Source: Ophelia neglecta
Taxonomy: Eukaryota
Assembly (NCBI GenBank): GCA_965285935.1
Contig: OZ260665.1
Span: 29,450,001 to 29,514,000, forward strand
DNA length: 64,000 bases
Direction: 5' to 3'
Positions within the stretch are counted from its first letter, which is position 1. Each line of letters starts with the position of its first letter. Under the pieces are notes generated by a model that was not told where the DNA came from, did no database searches, and saw only the letters and a program-made list of their open reading frames with translations. Positions 23,185 through 38,100 of this stretch are shown in pieces. Position numbers and translations under genes: made by a program.

Positions 23185-26100
23185 GTAAGTACACATGTTA
23201 ATTACTGGCAATCTGGGAGAAAGCAGTTTAATATATGCTGGCGTTTGGTGCCAGCCACCATTCGATACTGTATAAAGAAGTCTGGTAGCTTTAATTTTCC
23301 TGTCATATTAGTAATCAAGCTATATATTTTAGAGTAATGGTGCTAGATGCAGTACCGACTGTAGTCTGGTAGTTGTTCATAGACCTAAACCTAGAGCCCA
23401 GCTGAAGATGGAGGAGGAGGGATAGTCACTGCCCTATGAAACATTTTGTCTGTTAGCCACTTTATTTGCATCACTTCTATGCAAAGAAAATGCAAATTAT
23501 AATATATGGAGACCATACTTCATATAATTTCATAAATACATATATCTCATATATATACTTAACAAACTCCATATCGCACCCCTGTTTCTAGATTGGCCAC
23601 ATCAGCCATCACGGATAATTTGATTTAAAGTGTATGCTGATATGACCCTCGAGACATGCTCATGAGTTAACAAGCGGTACGCTATACTATCCTGTGTCAC
23701 ATGGTGATTTTCCCTGTACTGTTCTGAGACACTTTGTACATGGACATAGCTCTAATTAACAACTACGTTGATCCCATTTACTGTTAAAGACATTAAAATT
23801 ATGGTGGTAATGCAGGATTTGACCAATTTATTTGTTGCACAGACATATTTTTTGTTTTCACCATTTCCTAGTCTCGCAGAATGGAATCGGGTGTACAGTG
23901 TACAGCTGTGCAGTTATGTACAGTAAGACCGATGGCAAGTTGTGCAAATACCCAGCAATAACCCAATCACGTGACTAGAAATTACCGGTACAGGTAATCA
24001 TTTTCAATGGTTTACCGGATATTTTTGGTTTTAAAGCCCAGACAGTGTATGCTCCCATGCTGTGGGTCTATTCGTGACAGTAGATACCACAAATATGAGC
24101 CTTAATTATTATTGAAATAATAAACAAGCATAATAGAATATTCGGCAGTTGCAGAGAACACAGAAGAAATTAATTGATAAGTCACCAAGCACAGATAACC
24201 ACTGCAGTAATTAATAAATAATTATATTGTCACAGGATGTGCTTTAATGTCATTGGTTTATTCTGCTTCAGTCATGCCTTTATTAACATTCACAAGCCAG
24301 ATAGGTGCAAATTAAGTGGAACAATTCCTCCCTGTAGAGTGAGGTAAAACAGTTTAACGCTTCATTAGCAGGTATTAATGACGCCACTGTATAGAGGCCC
24401 AGCTGTGATACCAAAGGTTAGGTTGCAATTTGATCAGACAGATGCTCTATGTCAACAAAACATACCCAGATATATTTCTGGCTGTATTTGGAAATAAGGG
24501 GTATGTGCCAGAAGATTTTGATATCTATAGCTGTGTGCCATATACTACAACCATGTGTCAATTAATTAAAAATGCCAAGACAAGCATTGACAACAGGAGT
24601 GGGGTATGGCAAGGCAAGGAGGGAGGGGGGGGGGGGATAACAATGTCTGCTTCATTTTCTCCAAACCCGAAGTCTCTACCTTTTATAGAAGCTGATTGGG
24701 ATATGGTCATTTGAAACTAGCACAGTTTTAAATGTTGAATTTCTGGCTATTGAACTTCATGATCTTGACTCAATTTGGCATGGAGAGTAGAGAAACCTTG
24801 GACTCTTGGCCACAGGTATACCATTAATAACAAGCTGCAGGTTAATTATTGATCATTCCTGTGGTCAATTACATCCATGATGGATATTTTTTAAACCCCT
24901 GCCAGACATCCAGTGTTCTGTAGAATCACCCTTTGTGTATGATCATGGTAAGCAATTTCAGGATACACTCAGGGGCTGTTAACTACTGCCAAGGAAAGGA
25001 AACCATCTGTATCCAAAGAACAAGTTGCATTTTGGAAATAGGACTGGCTTGATTTAGCTGCCAACAATTCCTCTTCCCAAGAGGGATTCTGTATCTACTG
25101 AAAGGAGGGATTTACTATGATTTTAGGAAAATATTTGAGTAGAAAGAACAATGTAATAGCTTGGCTTGCAAATAAAATAAATATTTCTTCTACTTTTTCT
25201 AAATGAAGTAACAACCGCTATACAGGAAACATGTGCATGTTTGCAAATGTGTTTTTGCATTTATTGTTCAAATATGTTGTGAATAACGGGTATTCATGAG
25301 ACATGATCACCATTGATGGAATTCATGTTTGTGTTTTTTCTTCCCATCAAATTCATTAGGGACATTACTACCAGCCAATAATATTTCCCATTAATATTTG
25401 TATCACTCAGGACAACAAAAATCATAGCTTTTCGTGGGAAATCCAATCATTTTAGCCGTAACAATGTACATTTTCACAAGGCAAAACATAGTTTTGTCAG
25501 GGGGAGTCTTGGCATATTGTTCTTCTTTAGATTAATTAGGCTAGCAATGAATGGTTTCATTATTACAAAACGATTATGTGGATATTCATTTATTGAAATT
25601 AAAACATGTTAATATAAAATACCCTTTTTCTCTCTCTGGAAGTTTTGTTTTGTTGTACATTTCACAATCATCTTCATCCCTACAGCCATCTTTACCATGA
25701 AGTGGTGGTCACTTTTTTGTGCAGCTGTGAAATACGCATCCGGTTCCGGCACGCAGTCATGCCAAATACCCACCATGCTTTTAACAAGGGAAAGTCAAGA
25801 CTGCAAGCAAACAGGCAGATTTGTTTAGTAGCACTCTTTATTGACATCTTTTGATACTGTCATGTTTCAGCCTCTAGAGTCTGATATCAAATAAGGAGTA
25901 TAATTAGGGGGCCCATCAATCTCTGTATTATAACTATTATACATTTACCAGTTGGTGGTGGGCTGCAGGCCTTGACATAAAGGCAGTGCCTTCTAATCCA
26001 TTGAAACACAACCTGCCAGTGATCTGACCTCATAAGAGGCATATATACCTTATGATCAAGGGAAAAAAGTGTATGCTATAACTTCAATTGGGTTGAGGCT

Positions 26101-29100
26101 GGAATTATGTCAGGTGGAGGATGATGTTAATTACCAATAGTATCACAAACGAGGGGTTCCCGGTAAATACAGCAGTAATGACTCCTGTGGCTCTGTGAAT
26201 TGAACTACTTGAAGGGTGATACCTAGTTTCCACGGCTGCCAGGATTTATAGCCATTTGAATAACACAGCATTGAATGTATCTAATAGGTTAACTCAAATG
26301 TATTTGCAAAAAGACATCCACTGCTAAAAATTGTTTCATCTAAGCAAAACACATTTTGAAATGACATCCTAATCCAGCCACAATTGTAAGAAGCATGATT
26401 TACCAGGAATGTATCTACATAGAAGTGGCTTAAATCTTGTAAATTGGAAATCTATTTGAATTCCTGAATGCATGGCAAGTTGAGTAAAAATTATTATGTG
26501 AGGACTACACTTGTTTTGTGCCTGGCAATTTAAAAACCACAGGACCATGGAGGTAAAGAGCAAGGCCATGAAAAAAGGTTGTCTATGTACATTTTGTAAC
26601 AACCGTGGTCTCAGCGGGGTTTGAACTCACTACCTGTTGTTGTCCAGCCAACTGCTCTACTTGTTTGTTTGTTTGTTAAACATGTTGCATTTAAGGAATG
26701 TGGACTAACTAATTATATGCTCCCAGTCAGAACCTTCTGGTACTTTTCATATAAATGTATCTATAAAACATAAGCAAGGATATTTAAGTGCCTTTGGTCT
26801 AACGTCTGATATTTGTTTCATTCTACATCCAATATTTAGAGAAGTCATTCTTCATGTTACATTAGTCCAGGGAGAATTTATAGAATACTGAACAGGAGTA
26901 AGAAAGTGTTGAGGTAATACATGTACGAGTACTGTGTACCCCTATATGCCTCTTATTATTGACACATAGTTATGTGCTTACACAGGAAGTAATTATCAAG
27001 GCATTCTTACAAATGTATAAGGTTGCATGATTAATTTAGAGTAATGCAAGGAAGGCAAGGCTTCAAGTGCGCCCTCCCCCAATCAACTTCCTTCTACCAA
27101 TAAGTGCTATAGCAAAGCTTCAAATGAGTCCCTTTGGTGTCACAGTGGTGTATATTAATACAATTTTTGCTGATTAGTTAGGTACCAAAGTTTTCTCTCA
27201 TCACTTAAGGTTATTTTCCTGTCAAATTGTTTTGTTGTGGCTAATAAAGTTTTATAGCAAAATAATAATAGCTAAAGAGCCATTTCTTTAAGATAATCAT
27301 TGAATATTGGTTCAAATTTTCTTTGATATATATCAAATCTATGATTTGGGATCCCATATTATCATGCTGAGATCCAATCTGAGCATTCCAGTAACCAAAA
27401 AATTTGGTCCCTCTGCTGAGGCCAAGAAAAAACTCAGGATGCAATATAATTAGTGTTGGAAGTCCATGTATGGTGTTGCCAATCTTCTCCAATTATGCAA
27501 AAGTGCACTTTATTTTGAACTCATTATTGGACTGGAGATGGAGGAAGGTTGCAATGAAGAATATCAATTGTTTGTTTTGGTACATTTACCCTTTCCACCA
27601 TTGACTTGACCATGATCTTCTTAAAGTCAAATGATCTTAAACAGTAAACAGCCCATGCGCTATGATTATAAGGACACAGTCCAGTGATTGGATGTGGTGC
27701 TAGTCTTTTGTAAGATGAAACCAAGTTTACTATTAGTTATGTCTGGCATCTGCTTTCATCAAACTGATCATTTCTGATTGGTGGCCTGCCATAATCTACA
27801 TGCGCAAGGAGAGTTGTGCAATGTCAAAAACTTTAATGTGTAATGTGTGGCTATGGCAGAGGGCGGTAAGTGACACCTGACAATGGGAGCAGGTTATTGC
27901 TCAACGTCAATGCAGGGATATAAATACCAGAGACTAATTGCTTGGGAAGTTAGCCACTACATGTCAGATTTATTTACCAGCTCGAGAAAGAAGGGGAGTC
28001 AAGTTTTTGTTAATAGTTTTATATAAGTGGGAGCAAGCTTCTCCATGATTCTATGATATATTCACATATGTGGCATGGAATTTTACAAGAATACAAAATT
28101 ATGTCGTTGAGTTCTCAGTGAATTACAAATGGTTTAGCATAAGTTCACCATAATTAGATACAGGGTTTTGGTCGTGTATTCATTAAAAATTATCGCGTAT
28201 TTATATATTTTATCATTATATATTTTATCAGTATGAGCGATTTTACAATGATATGTGGCCAGAGTGGCATATCCATATTCCTCGAGGAAACGAGGCAATC
28301 TCATCAGCATCCTGCCTCAATAACTCACTGCAAGACCTAACCAGCACACAGGCTCATTGCCCCACACTGAGACCTAACCAGCTCATAACCTCGCTGCAAG
28401 ACCTTATCCGTGTGTCCCCCGTTAGCTTTTATGCCTTAACAGTCATAAGTTGCCATCTGTAGCAATCTGAACTCATGCATTCACCCTTACCCAATGTGCA
28501 TAGGCCTACTTTGCTGCATACACTTTTTTTGTGGGTGTAACTGGCGCTTCAAACTTTGTACAACTGGGCATAAGACTGCAGTGCTAGTAAGGCCTAGCAT
28601 GTATTCTATATGTTTAAGGGGTGTATAGCAGAAGTCAGAGAGGGGAGGGGTCAGGAATGGGAGGAAGGAGGCAGGACAGGGGCACGCATGAATATGAGAC
28701 TATAGAGTGATGGTTGTAAATGGAGGGGGAAGGGGGGGGGGGCAGGAGTGGGAGGGGAATGTATTAGGGCAGGAGTGGGAAGGGGCACGAGAGGGTGGGG
28801 GTAGTAGGTGGTGGGGCAGGATCGAGTGGGATGAAGCAGGGGAGAGGCAAGAATGACTGGGAGGAGTGGGCCAGGGCCGCAGTTGGAGGGGGAAGAGGTG
28901 GGGAAAATGCATCTCTGCCCCATTCACCGTGGTTGCTCACAGGTCACTATCATGATAATTTGACACTAGTATATCTTAGGTGTATTTGCTAATCAAATAC
29001 ATCAGCAGTTTCTATACTGTAGACTATTTTTTTATTCTTGAAACTTCCAGCAACTGATGCTTCTATAACATGTAAGATGCATATAGAAACAAAAGATAAT

Positions 29101-32100
29101 TATTATTAATCAGTAGGTTTGTTTTTGGAATGGTATCAATAATCTCTCAATATTTTGCTGTACTTATGTAGGTATAATATGCTAGCTTAATTTTCTCATT
29201 AGTCAACAGGTCCCCTGCTAGCCTACTCTTCTGTTAATTAGCTTCCAATTGCCCTGTGGGATGACATGTAGAAGTAAATCAGCTTTATAATGTAGGATAG
29301 ATGAGTCATGCCCTATATATTTTGCATGTAACCGGTAGTCTTACCGGATCAGTCCAGTATTCCAGCTTGGCATACAGCAGTTACCTGCAGGACCAAGCAA
29401 ATGCCAGATGATCTGCTGGTCTTATAGCTGAAATATAATGAACGCTGGGAACATAATTTTTAAGGCATTCTCACCATACCGCAGCAAGCTCAAATAATCA
29501 GTCCTGTATCGGTTATTAGGCATATATAGTGATACAAACGTGTGCACTTGTCAACCCCTCTTGTTTATCCATATATGCATTTATGCATTCTGAGTAATTA
29601 AGTGCTGCTAGTTATTAACATTGACTGGTGTCACCTCATCCCCTCTCACCCCCCCCCCCTCCCCAGAGAGTAGTAGATAAGGGTATGTGAGTAGGGTACA
29701 ATACAACTGAACCTTAATTGCTGCTTAAAAATAAATGATTCCCAGAAAAGAATAGGTTAGAAAAGTTCAGCTGATTTCTGCTTGATGCTTACATTGTAAG
29801 CAGCCTCCTATTATTTTTTGGTGTCCGTCTGTACTGGTACTGTACTAGATGCAGAAATTAAGTACACTTTGTACTTGTTGTTTAGTCTTGGATGGCTTTG
29901 CTTTGTCCTATCATGCTCCTTGTTCCACTAATGGTCCACAATGCCCAGTAGCTAGGTTATCGATGAAGCTTTTAGTTTTTACATGTACATTACTATTGTC
30001 GTCAGCAGTTTTACAACGACCACATAAAGACTTAGGCTATGAAAGAAGCGCTTAAGCCTCTCATCAGCATGCACATCAGTTTTTGGTCCGCCTTTTTAGT
30101 TCAAAATAACTAGGTACTTCCGGTGCTGCAGAAAAGTCACTGAACTTCCATATGATTTGAAATCGGATTTTCACCCTAAAGGTGTATCTAGGTTAGTACA
30201 CCTCATTTTTTAAGTTCTTATTATCTTTATTTAACATGATCAAAAAATGCAGGCATTCTGGCAGTGCAACCCTAAAGCAAATTTCCCTGTGGGCAAAAAT
30301 AGGGGAAAGTCCTGAATTATATGAACAATGCAAAATTTACCATTTTATTACGTCAAAAGGGTGAGAGAACACTAATTGAAAAAAGGACAAATTTCAGATA
30401 AAGATTTCCTGCCAACATCAGCTGAAGAAGAAAGTATCAGCCTTAGCCACTGTTGTTACTTTGTTGGCATGGAGGTCCTGATTCATGTGGTGGGATATCG
30501 ATGCACAGATACATGTTAAACAGGATCAGAATCTGAGAGAATATATTTTTAAATGCTTATTAAATTAGCTTATATATTGGCTGGCTGGGATAGACATGAT
30601 AAATATACGTGTATATTGCATTTTAACTGAAAATTGACTCGGAGGCAATGGAACGTAATTAAGTGTCCAGGATCTGTGTGGTAGTCCAACTATCAGGATG
30701 TACTTTGTAATATATATGTGATATATTAGCCATAATTCCAATAGCCAGTCTAGTTGTTACTTAAGCAGAAGTCCTGAAGCCAGGTCACTTGGATGAGTTC
30801 TGTTGATATAAAAGGCCAGAGAATATTATTGCAATGAAAAGAGCATGCATGGCATCTGATCAGCTTTAGATATCCTTTGATGGAAATCCGTGTGTCTTGA
30901 GCCACTGTGAAATGTGATATCATGATGTAGTCTGCACTGAGTGCCATCACATGCAGAGATTGATAGTACCTGCAATTTTCATCTTGCTTCATCCTCATGC
31001 AGCCATATAACATTAAGAGAGAGAGGGAGAGAGTGACAGCAAAGGAAGGGCTAGTTGACATATACTGGAAGACTGAAGGAATGGCAACCAGCTGACCCCG
31101 GCAGGAAGGCAAGTGCTCCCTATATAATGATGGACAAGAGGTGGAAATATATCTCTCCATGACATTTTCATTCTTGTTAGAGCAAGCATCTGAAGAATAT
31201 CAATGATTGAACTAATAGCTTGCCAGCATGGGAATATATGGAAATATATACCTGTGCAGACCATTATCTACTATCACATAAGGGGCCTGGTGGAATAAGT
31301 GATAAGTGGTGATGGGCTTCAATATACAATATATATTAATTACAAGAAGAGCCTTGAGGCTGTAATTGGAAGGTTCCGGTGCTGAGAGGAAGGGTGCTGA
31401 TGATATATATCAGCATGACAACACATTACCAGTGAAACCAGGTCACAACAACAAAGATAAACTAATGCAATTTCAAATATTTGTTTATTAATAGTTGTTC
31501 TTGATTACCCCCCCCCCCCCCCCCCCATATCAACCAATATAAGCTATTTTTGCTGTGTATGTTTTTGTCACAATTAATACATCATTTCAGGATGTAATTC
31601 CAAATCTAAGTGATAGGAAAATTGCTTTAAGGAATAAGGCACAATAAATTTGCCTGGTGCGCTTCATGCTGCTTTAATCAGCCCTTCAGGTCCAAATACC
31701 AACATAATACCGCTTGTCACAGACGATATCATTAAGCCTTGTTTAGCTCCTAATCTGGCAGCGGACAGCACTGCCTATGACTAGTCCATAGCATCAGTGG
31801 GGCTACAGTTGTGATTTAGCAGCACCAGTGACCTCATTGAAAACCATCTAGTCATCAGAAAAATATGAAAATTAAATATTTGGAAAGCAAATAATCATCC
31901 CTGCATTTTTTGTTTTGGTCACTTCAAGGGGTGGGGGAAAATGCCAGTTAAACAAATCCCCCATGTTAAATTTCCATGCACACCTGAAATTAGCCCAACT
32001 AACCATTTACCAACACTGATTCTTTCAGTCAGCCTTTAAGGTGAAAATTTGGCTGTTGGATAACAGTTTGAAATATCTCTGGTTGGCCCTATAGTGGTAG

Positions 32101-35100
32101 CTCACAATTTCTCAAAGCGGGAATTTTACTGATTGTGAAGAGTGAAAAGATTCTTTAGGTAGATAAGTACCAAGTGATAATTATGTGGTGATTTATTGTC
32201 TCCCAAACAGCTTTACATGCGCTCTATTTGTTATTAAATCTTGTTAAAGAGCCAGGCCAATAATAAGTTATAAACACACAAGGCCAGCCAGTGACAGTAA
32301 TCTACTACCCAGTATGGTGTCATTCACTATAATAATTAGAGCCAATAGCCACGTGTATAATAGGCTATACCTCTTTTGGTTTTGCCGTCCTGTTGGTAGG
32401 TTTGGAATTAAAATTCTTCTGCTGCATCCTATGAGTATTGTATGTCAGTGGTATTAGTATATTTATTAGTACATTTGTACCTGAAATGCAAATATTACCA
32501 GTAATTGGAAACAAATTTGGCCTCATATTACTTACTTTTAATATTAGGCATCGAAAATAATGAAAGCGGACCTGATAAAACCTGGCCACTGTATGTAATG
32601 ACAAAGCCACCGTTGAGGTAGAATGATGGTATTGACAATGAACTGATGACTAAAATCAGTAATTTAATGATACCTGCAATCCTTTGATGGTATTGGATAT
32701 AAATATTTCAAAGCTGTATCAGGCTGTAGACTACCTGTGAATTCACACGTTAGACGGGTTCTCACTGCCAGGCTGTATATGTGGGGCCACTGTAATGTAC
32801 AGTTCCCCACAGGCTTTGTGAATGACGCAATGAAGCTTGTCAGTCATCTAGGCCTTTTGGACCACCTAAATGTTTTCTTAGAAACAGGCCAACTTTCCTG
32901 CTAAACTACCGTGGAAAAAGAATAGTGGGCGATGTTCTTGGTAGCAAAGATAAAGAGCGCCTTATGTCAGTCATAAATAATAACTCTTGTTTATCGTGTT
33001 ATGCTAAGCTAATGCCGTCAGATGGCAACGGTGAATTCCAGCTTTATACACCTAACATCCTCTGGCGCATTGCTATTATATACACTGGGCTGGGGACATC
33101 TACCACTGCATTTATGATGTCTCCTACTACTGATAAGTTATTGAAACCAATGTAAATTTGTACATGAATAAGAAATTCTAGCACAGTCATGGAAGATTCT
33201 GGTTATAAGCCATTGACCTTAGTATAGTTTAATTATACTTTTATAAATCTGGACATTATTACTGCATTTTTTATGGTTGGTCAATCCAAATAAAAAGCAT
33301 GGACATCATCACAAACTCCCTATGCCGAGGGACCTATCATTTTTCCTTATTGTTGATTTGAAGGTGACTTGAAGGTGTTGATTGTCCTTTTTGATCACCA
33401 CCTTTTTTTTTTATAGAAAACAGGACATGTTTTAGGGCTCATTGTCTGCCATCTGTGGTGTCGTTCATATCAGTCAAGGCTTTGGGAATGAACATGTTCA
33501 TGTAAATATTGGGCTGTTATTGAGTGGGATGGGTTGGGGGGGGGGGGGAGTGAAGCCCACATTAAAAAAAACGCTCTGCCTAATTTTGTAGCCAAATCTG
33601 ATGACAAATCCCTGCAAAATCACTCTATTCTGTTTATAACTTCAGTATGATTGATGGTGTGTAATTAAAATGCACAATGTTATGAATAACAGAAAAAAAG
33701 TGCCTGACAAGGATATATAATGTTTTCCATGATTTAGGAAAGTGTCCTCATCCTTATATATTTAAGAACAAAGAGGTTATTCTTAGGAATTATTAAATTT
33801 GGTTAAATTAATTATATACATGAATTTTATACCTGTACATTTTCAATTTGAGTCAAGCAGGATCAAGCTATTAACTGACCGGTAAATGTTTTAACTGACC
33901 CTCCATTCAATTCTTTGGTAAATGACATTAATGTTAATAATGTTATCCTTGTGTGAAGGGTATGTACCTGGAAATGATCATGCACATATTCCGCTAATCA
34001 GCCAAACCCTTCCCATCCAAATGAGCAATTACCTGAACAGCTCCAATCATAACACCACTTGAGTCAGGACTGCTGTGCCCTTGACTTGTTTTTTAGGTTA
34101 AAAGCAGTGGAGGTTGATTAATTAATTTCACATACTAGCACTGTCTACGGGTGGCCTACCGAGGTTTTTAACAGGCCCACTCCATCCCCCAGGTGAAAAG
34201 GCTTATTATTCCCATGATTCATTTTATGACTTGTTTTACTGATTAAATTTGCTTTGCCTACATACTTTGGTTGTAGTTAAGTCTTGCTGAATTTTGTTTA
34301 CAATCATTTAAAGTCTATATGATGATCCTTATTATGATCTCAGACACAACTCCTATAATTGGTATTCAGGACTGTCAAGATAGCCATAACCAATATTATA
34401 GTTGACAACTATGACTACAATCAGTTATAAAATTACTACTGCACACCGCTCAGTTGGACATGACACCCCAAACCTAGTTCAACTGCTAATCTACCAGGGG
34501 ACAGCACTGAATATGGCTAGTCCACATTATTACTAGGGCCAAACCTTTAATTTTGCAGTGCTGGCATACTAGTTTACCTGCATGTAACAGTAAGCATCAT
34601 ACCAAAATGAAAATTACATTTTTGGAAAGCCCTGTTATGCATTAAATATCCCTGCCTTATTTGTTCAGTCACTTTTGGTTGAGGAGAAAAGGGCCAGTTA
34701 AACAAATTCCCCTTCTCAAATCCCCACACCGCCGAAATTAGCCCTACCAACCACCTGCTGAAGAATGTTTCTTAAATTGCAACCAGCCTTCAGGTGAGAA
34801 ATGTGGCTGTTTGTAAGCATTATGAAATAACTTAAGCTGGCCTCATTCTATTACTGGTGCTCCAATAAATATTGACAGCATCATGCTTAACCTGACCCAG
34901 TGTTCCTTGGTATTGATGTCTTTTGTACATCATTTCTACTTTCTCACTGTGATTAACCTGAAACAGACATGTACAGTACCAGCATATAAGGTCAAAATTT
35001 GTTTTTTCTACCATAAATGATCTAATAGAGGGTTCATTTTTTAATAAAGGATGTACCCTAGTTTTAGAATAATGTTTGACCGTAGCTTAGTTTAGGGTTT

Positions 35101-38100
35101 TAAAAGTAGGCTAAAAGAAACCTTGTTTATCCAATACAAGACCCATCCCCAAACTTGGCACTGGGTTAATTATTATATGGACATAAAATTGAAAAAGTGA
35201 GTCTTCTATTAGAGCAAATACAGAAAAGATCCAGTTGAACAAATTCTCCACATGTACCTGAATTGTTTTTAGTTTTTTATGGGTACCTCTACATTTACAT
35301 TTATCAAGGTACCTTTTAGGTACAATTTAGGTAAACCTTAGGTATTCCTAGTGATAATCCAATTCTGTAAGGTTAGTAATAACATCTGGTAGCCTTGTGA
35401 AAAGGATAGGTACATTTATGTTTGCATGACACTAGACACTAGTACTATTATCCATCAGGTGATATTTGGATCTCCATTATGTACCAGGGGACTATTTGCT
35501 TGGAATATGCTTAGGGCATTAACCCATAAGCCCTGATAATTAAGATAGAACAGTGACCTACTAATACAAAGTAATACAATACAAAACCCCAGGACTATTT
35601 TGGCCTCAATTTAAGCTGAAAAGGAGCTTATGTCCAAGAATAGTTTCATTTTGCCTTTGTCTTCCTATAAAAGCAAAATACTAGCAGTTTTTATTATTCT
35701 GATTGTTTGGGCTGCTAGAATATGCTATAATCTCATCTGGAATTGTTTGTTTTTTGGGCAACCTCACAACATATTTAATTTTCGTGGCAACGGATATAAA
35801 AGTGAATAATTTGATACAATTTTCATAGCCTCTATTTGGCTTAACGGTGCAAGGTAGCAATGAGGATTGTGTTGAATGCCAATAGGAAGTCCTATATTGG
35901 GAATTTTTAGATGATGGCAAACTTGACCTTGACCTTTGCTTGAGGGTCAGTTAATGTAATCTGAATTTTCGTAGCATCTGTTTGGCTATATGGTGCAAGA
36001 TAAGCATAATATATGTAATGAACTCTTATAGGAAGTCATATAGAGGGAGTCTTTTGGTGGCTATAAACTTGACCATGACCCCTGCTTGAAGGTCAAATAA
36101 TATAATCTCAATTTTCCAATATGTTAAGTATTACCAGGAAGTCATATTCTGGGAAAGAGGTGCCCCCAAGTAGTATACATTTATCAAGTAGTATAGGTAG
36201 CAAGTATTATATAAAGTAACTTATGAAGTAGTACACTTAAGTAGTATATGTAAGTAGTAATTGGAAGTAGTACGAATAATGGGATATCATATACAGAACC
36301 TGTATAGTTTTGTAGACAACTCAATAACACAAACTACTGTTGGACAGGGGACATTTTGCGAGGTTACCCTGTCTAGTTTTTTATTATCGTAAAAGCACAG
36401 GAATGTTCGTATCATCAATATTTGTACAACACCAAACATGTATAATATAAAATGCACATGTAAAATGTACACGACAAAATCTTTATTCTGTGACCCTTAA
36501 TTCATGATTGTTCAACTATAGGTTAGTAAACCGCAGTCAAAGCTTTAAATGGTCCCTGCGTTTGAGGACCCGTCAAATGAGGCACTGCCTGCGATGGCAG
36601 GACTGTTTTTGAATTTCCCTGTCCTATATTTTCCATGTTAAAGAACCTACTATGGTGGGCCACCTGCAATGTAGGGCCACTTTTTCTTTGATTTAGGGGT
36701 GGCCCAACATCACAGTGATAACTGTATATGGAGATCGGTTTTTATCCTTATGCAAGGCAACAGGTCTTTATATTTACAATGGCAGAGTTGGCAATGACTG
36801 GGTCAGAGGTGCTGCAACAAGAGTACATGATACAGTATTTTATTGGAGAATGTTCAGTTACTGGGCAGTCACAAATATTTGACTTATAAGAATTTTGCCC
36901 AAGTTATCTGACGTCCACATTGAACTTTCCTCTGTTTAAACTCCAGTTAACAAATTTTTTTAAACAAGACTGGCACAATAATATGGAGTCAACTCAGGCT
37001 GAGGTTGATGCTCTTTACAGCTTAACTGAACTTTACTTTACAGCTTAACTGAGTGCACTGGGTAAAAGAAAGACAATTATAACCTTTGATAATGATATTA
37101 GAGTGCTACATGAAAATACATTTCTTTTTGACAAGGGTATAAAGTGTACTACTAACGTATATCATGCTGATTTCTCTGTGTTAGTTGTTTAGCCTACCAC
37201 TGTAATAGTAACAGAAGCGAATAAGCAATCATCATACCACCACTTACATGGCTATGTGGTGTGAGCTTAAAGGAGTCTATGAGGGCAGGGATCCAAGGTC
37301 ATGATGAAGGTGAGCCTGTCAAATCCTCACCAGGGGCTGAGTGGTTTGAGCTCTATCTGAAGCCCCTGGCCGGCTGGGCCACACTTTCTTAACTTAAATT
37401 ACTCCTTTTCGTTCTGCTTGGTCTTACATGGTCCCTTGTCATCATACCCTCAATTAAAATTGCCTTCTTTAACTTTAAAGGCAAGTGTAAAAAATTTTCA
37501 GCTATGTAAAATAATTGCTTAAATTCATACTACTGTTTTTACTCTAGAGGCCATTAACAACATTTATGTTTGTAAAAACTTTGGTGGCAGGCACAAGGCA
37601 ATTATATAAATTGCTTCATATTTAAGGAGACCCTGATTCTAGATTATGACAGAATTCTAAATAAATTCATTATTATCAAATCCCTTAATAAATTCATTAT
37701 TATCAAATGCATATACAGTTTTATCCAGTCATGCATGTCCTAACTGAAGTTGCTGACTAGATCTTTACTTTATTTTTTATAAAGCTGCACTCTTTGCCAA
37801 CTTTGGCTCATTCATGCATGCCTTAGTTTATACAATGTATAAAATAGGAACCATTATGGCTCCCTTCCCAGCCAAATCTTGTGTCCTAATTCATCCTATT
37901 GTCCACTCTATCTGTTCGTATGGGAATGTGGGTATTTGATAGGCGGTTCAATCAAAATGTTGGCCTTTAAAGGAAAACTATTGTGATCTGGATGTTAAGG
38001 AAGATTTTATGAACTTTGGACTTTAATTTCTCACTATAAATATAGTATTTTATTGAAACACATATGCCAGGGGTCAGTTGTTTGTCAGAGCTTATTTATG

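Noticed and set aside
23185-23337. C-terminal 50 aa of the 349-aa ORF
   Set aside because: Read-through into intron 1 past the GTAAGT donor; NCKX similarity resumes at 46638.
25686-25830. Acceptor-like sites and a small CpG cluster as a cassette exon
   Set aside because: Both acceptors reach an in-frame TGA within 2-5 codons in phase 0, and I found no good donor.
26605-26660. tRNA gene
   Set aside because: Only partial A/B boxes, no acceptor stem or full cloverleaf; kept as a SINE remnant.
28651-28992. Pro-rich and Gly-rich ORFs
   Set aside because: Products of a G-rich low-complexity tract.
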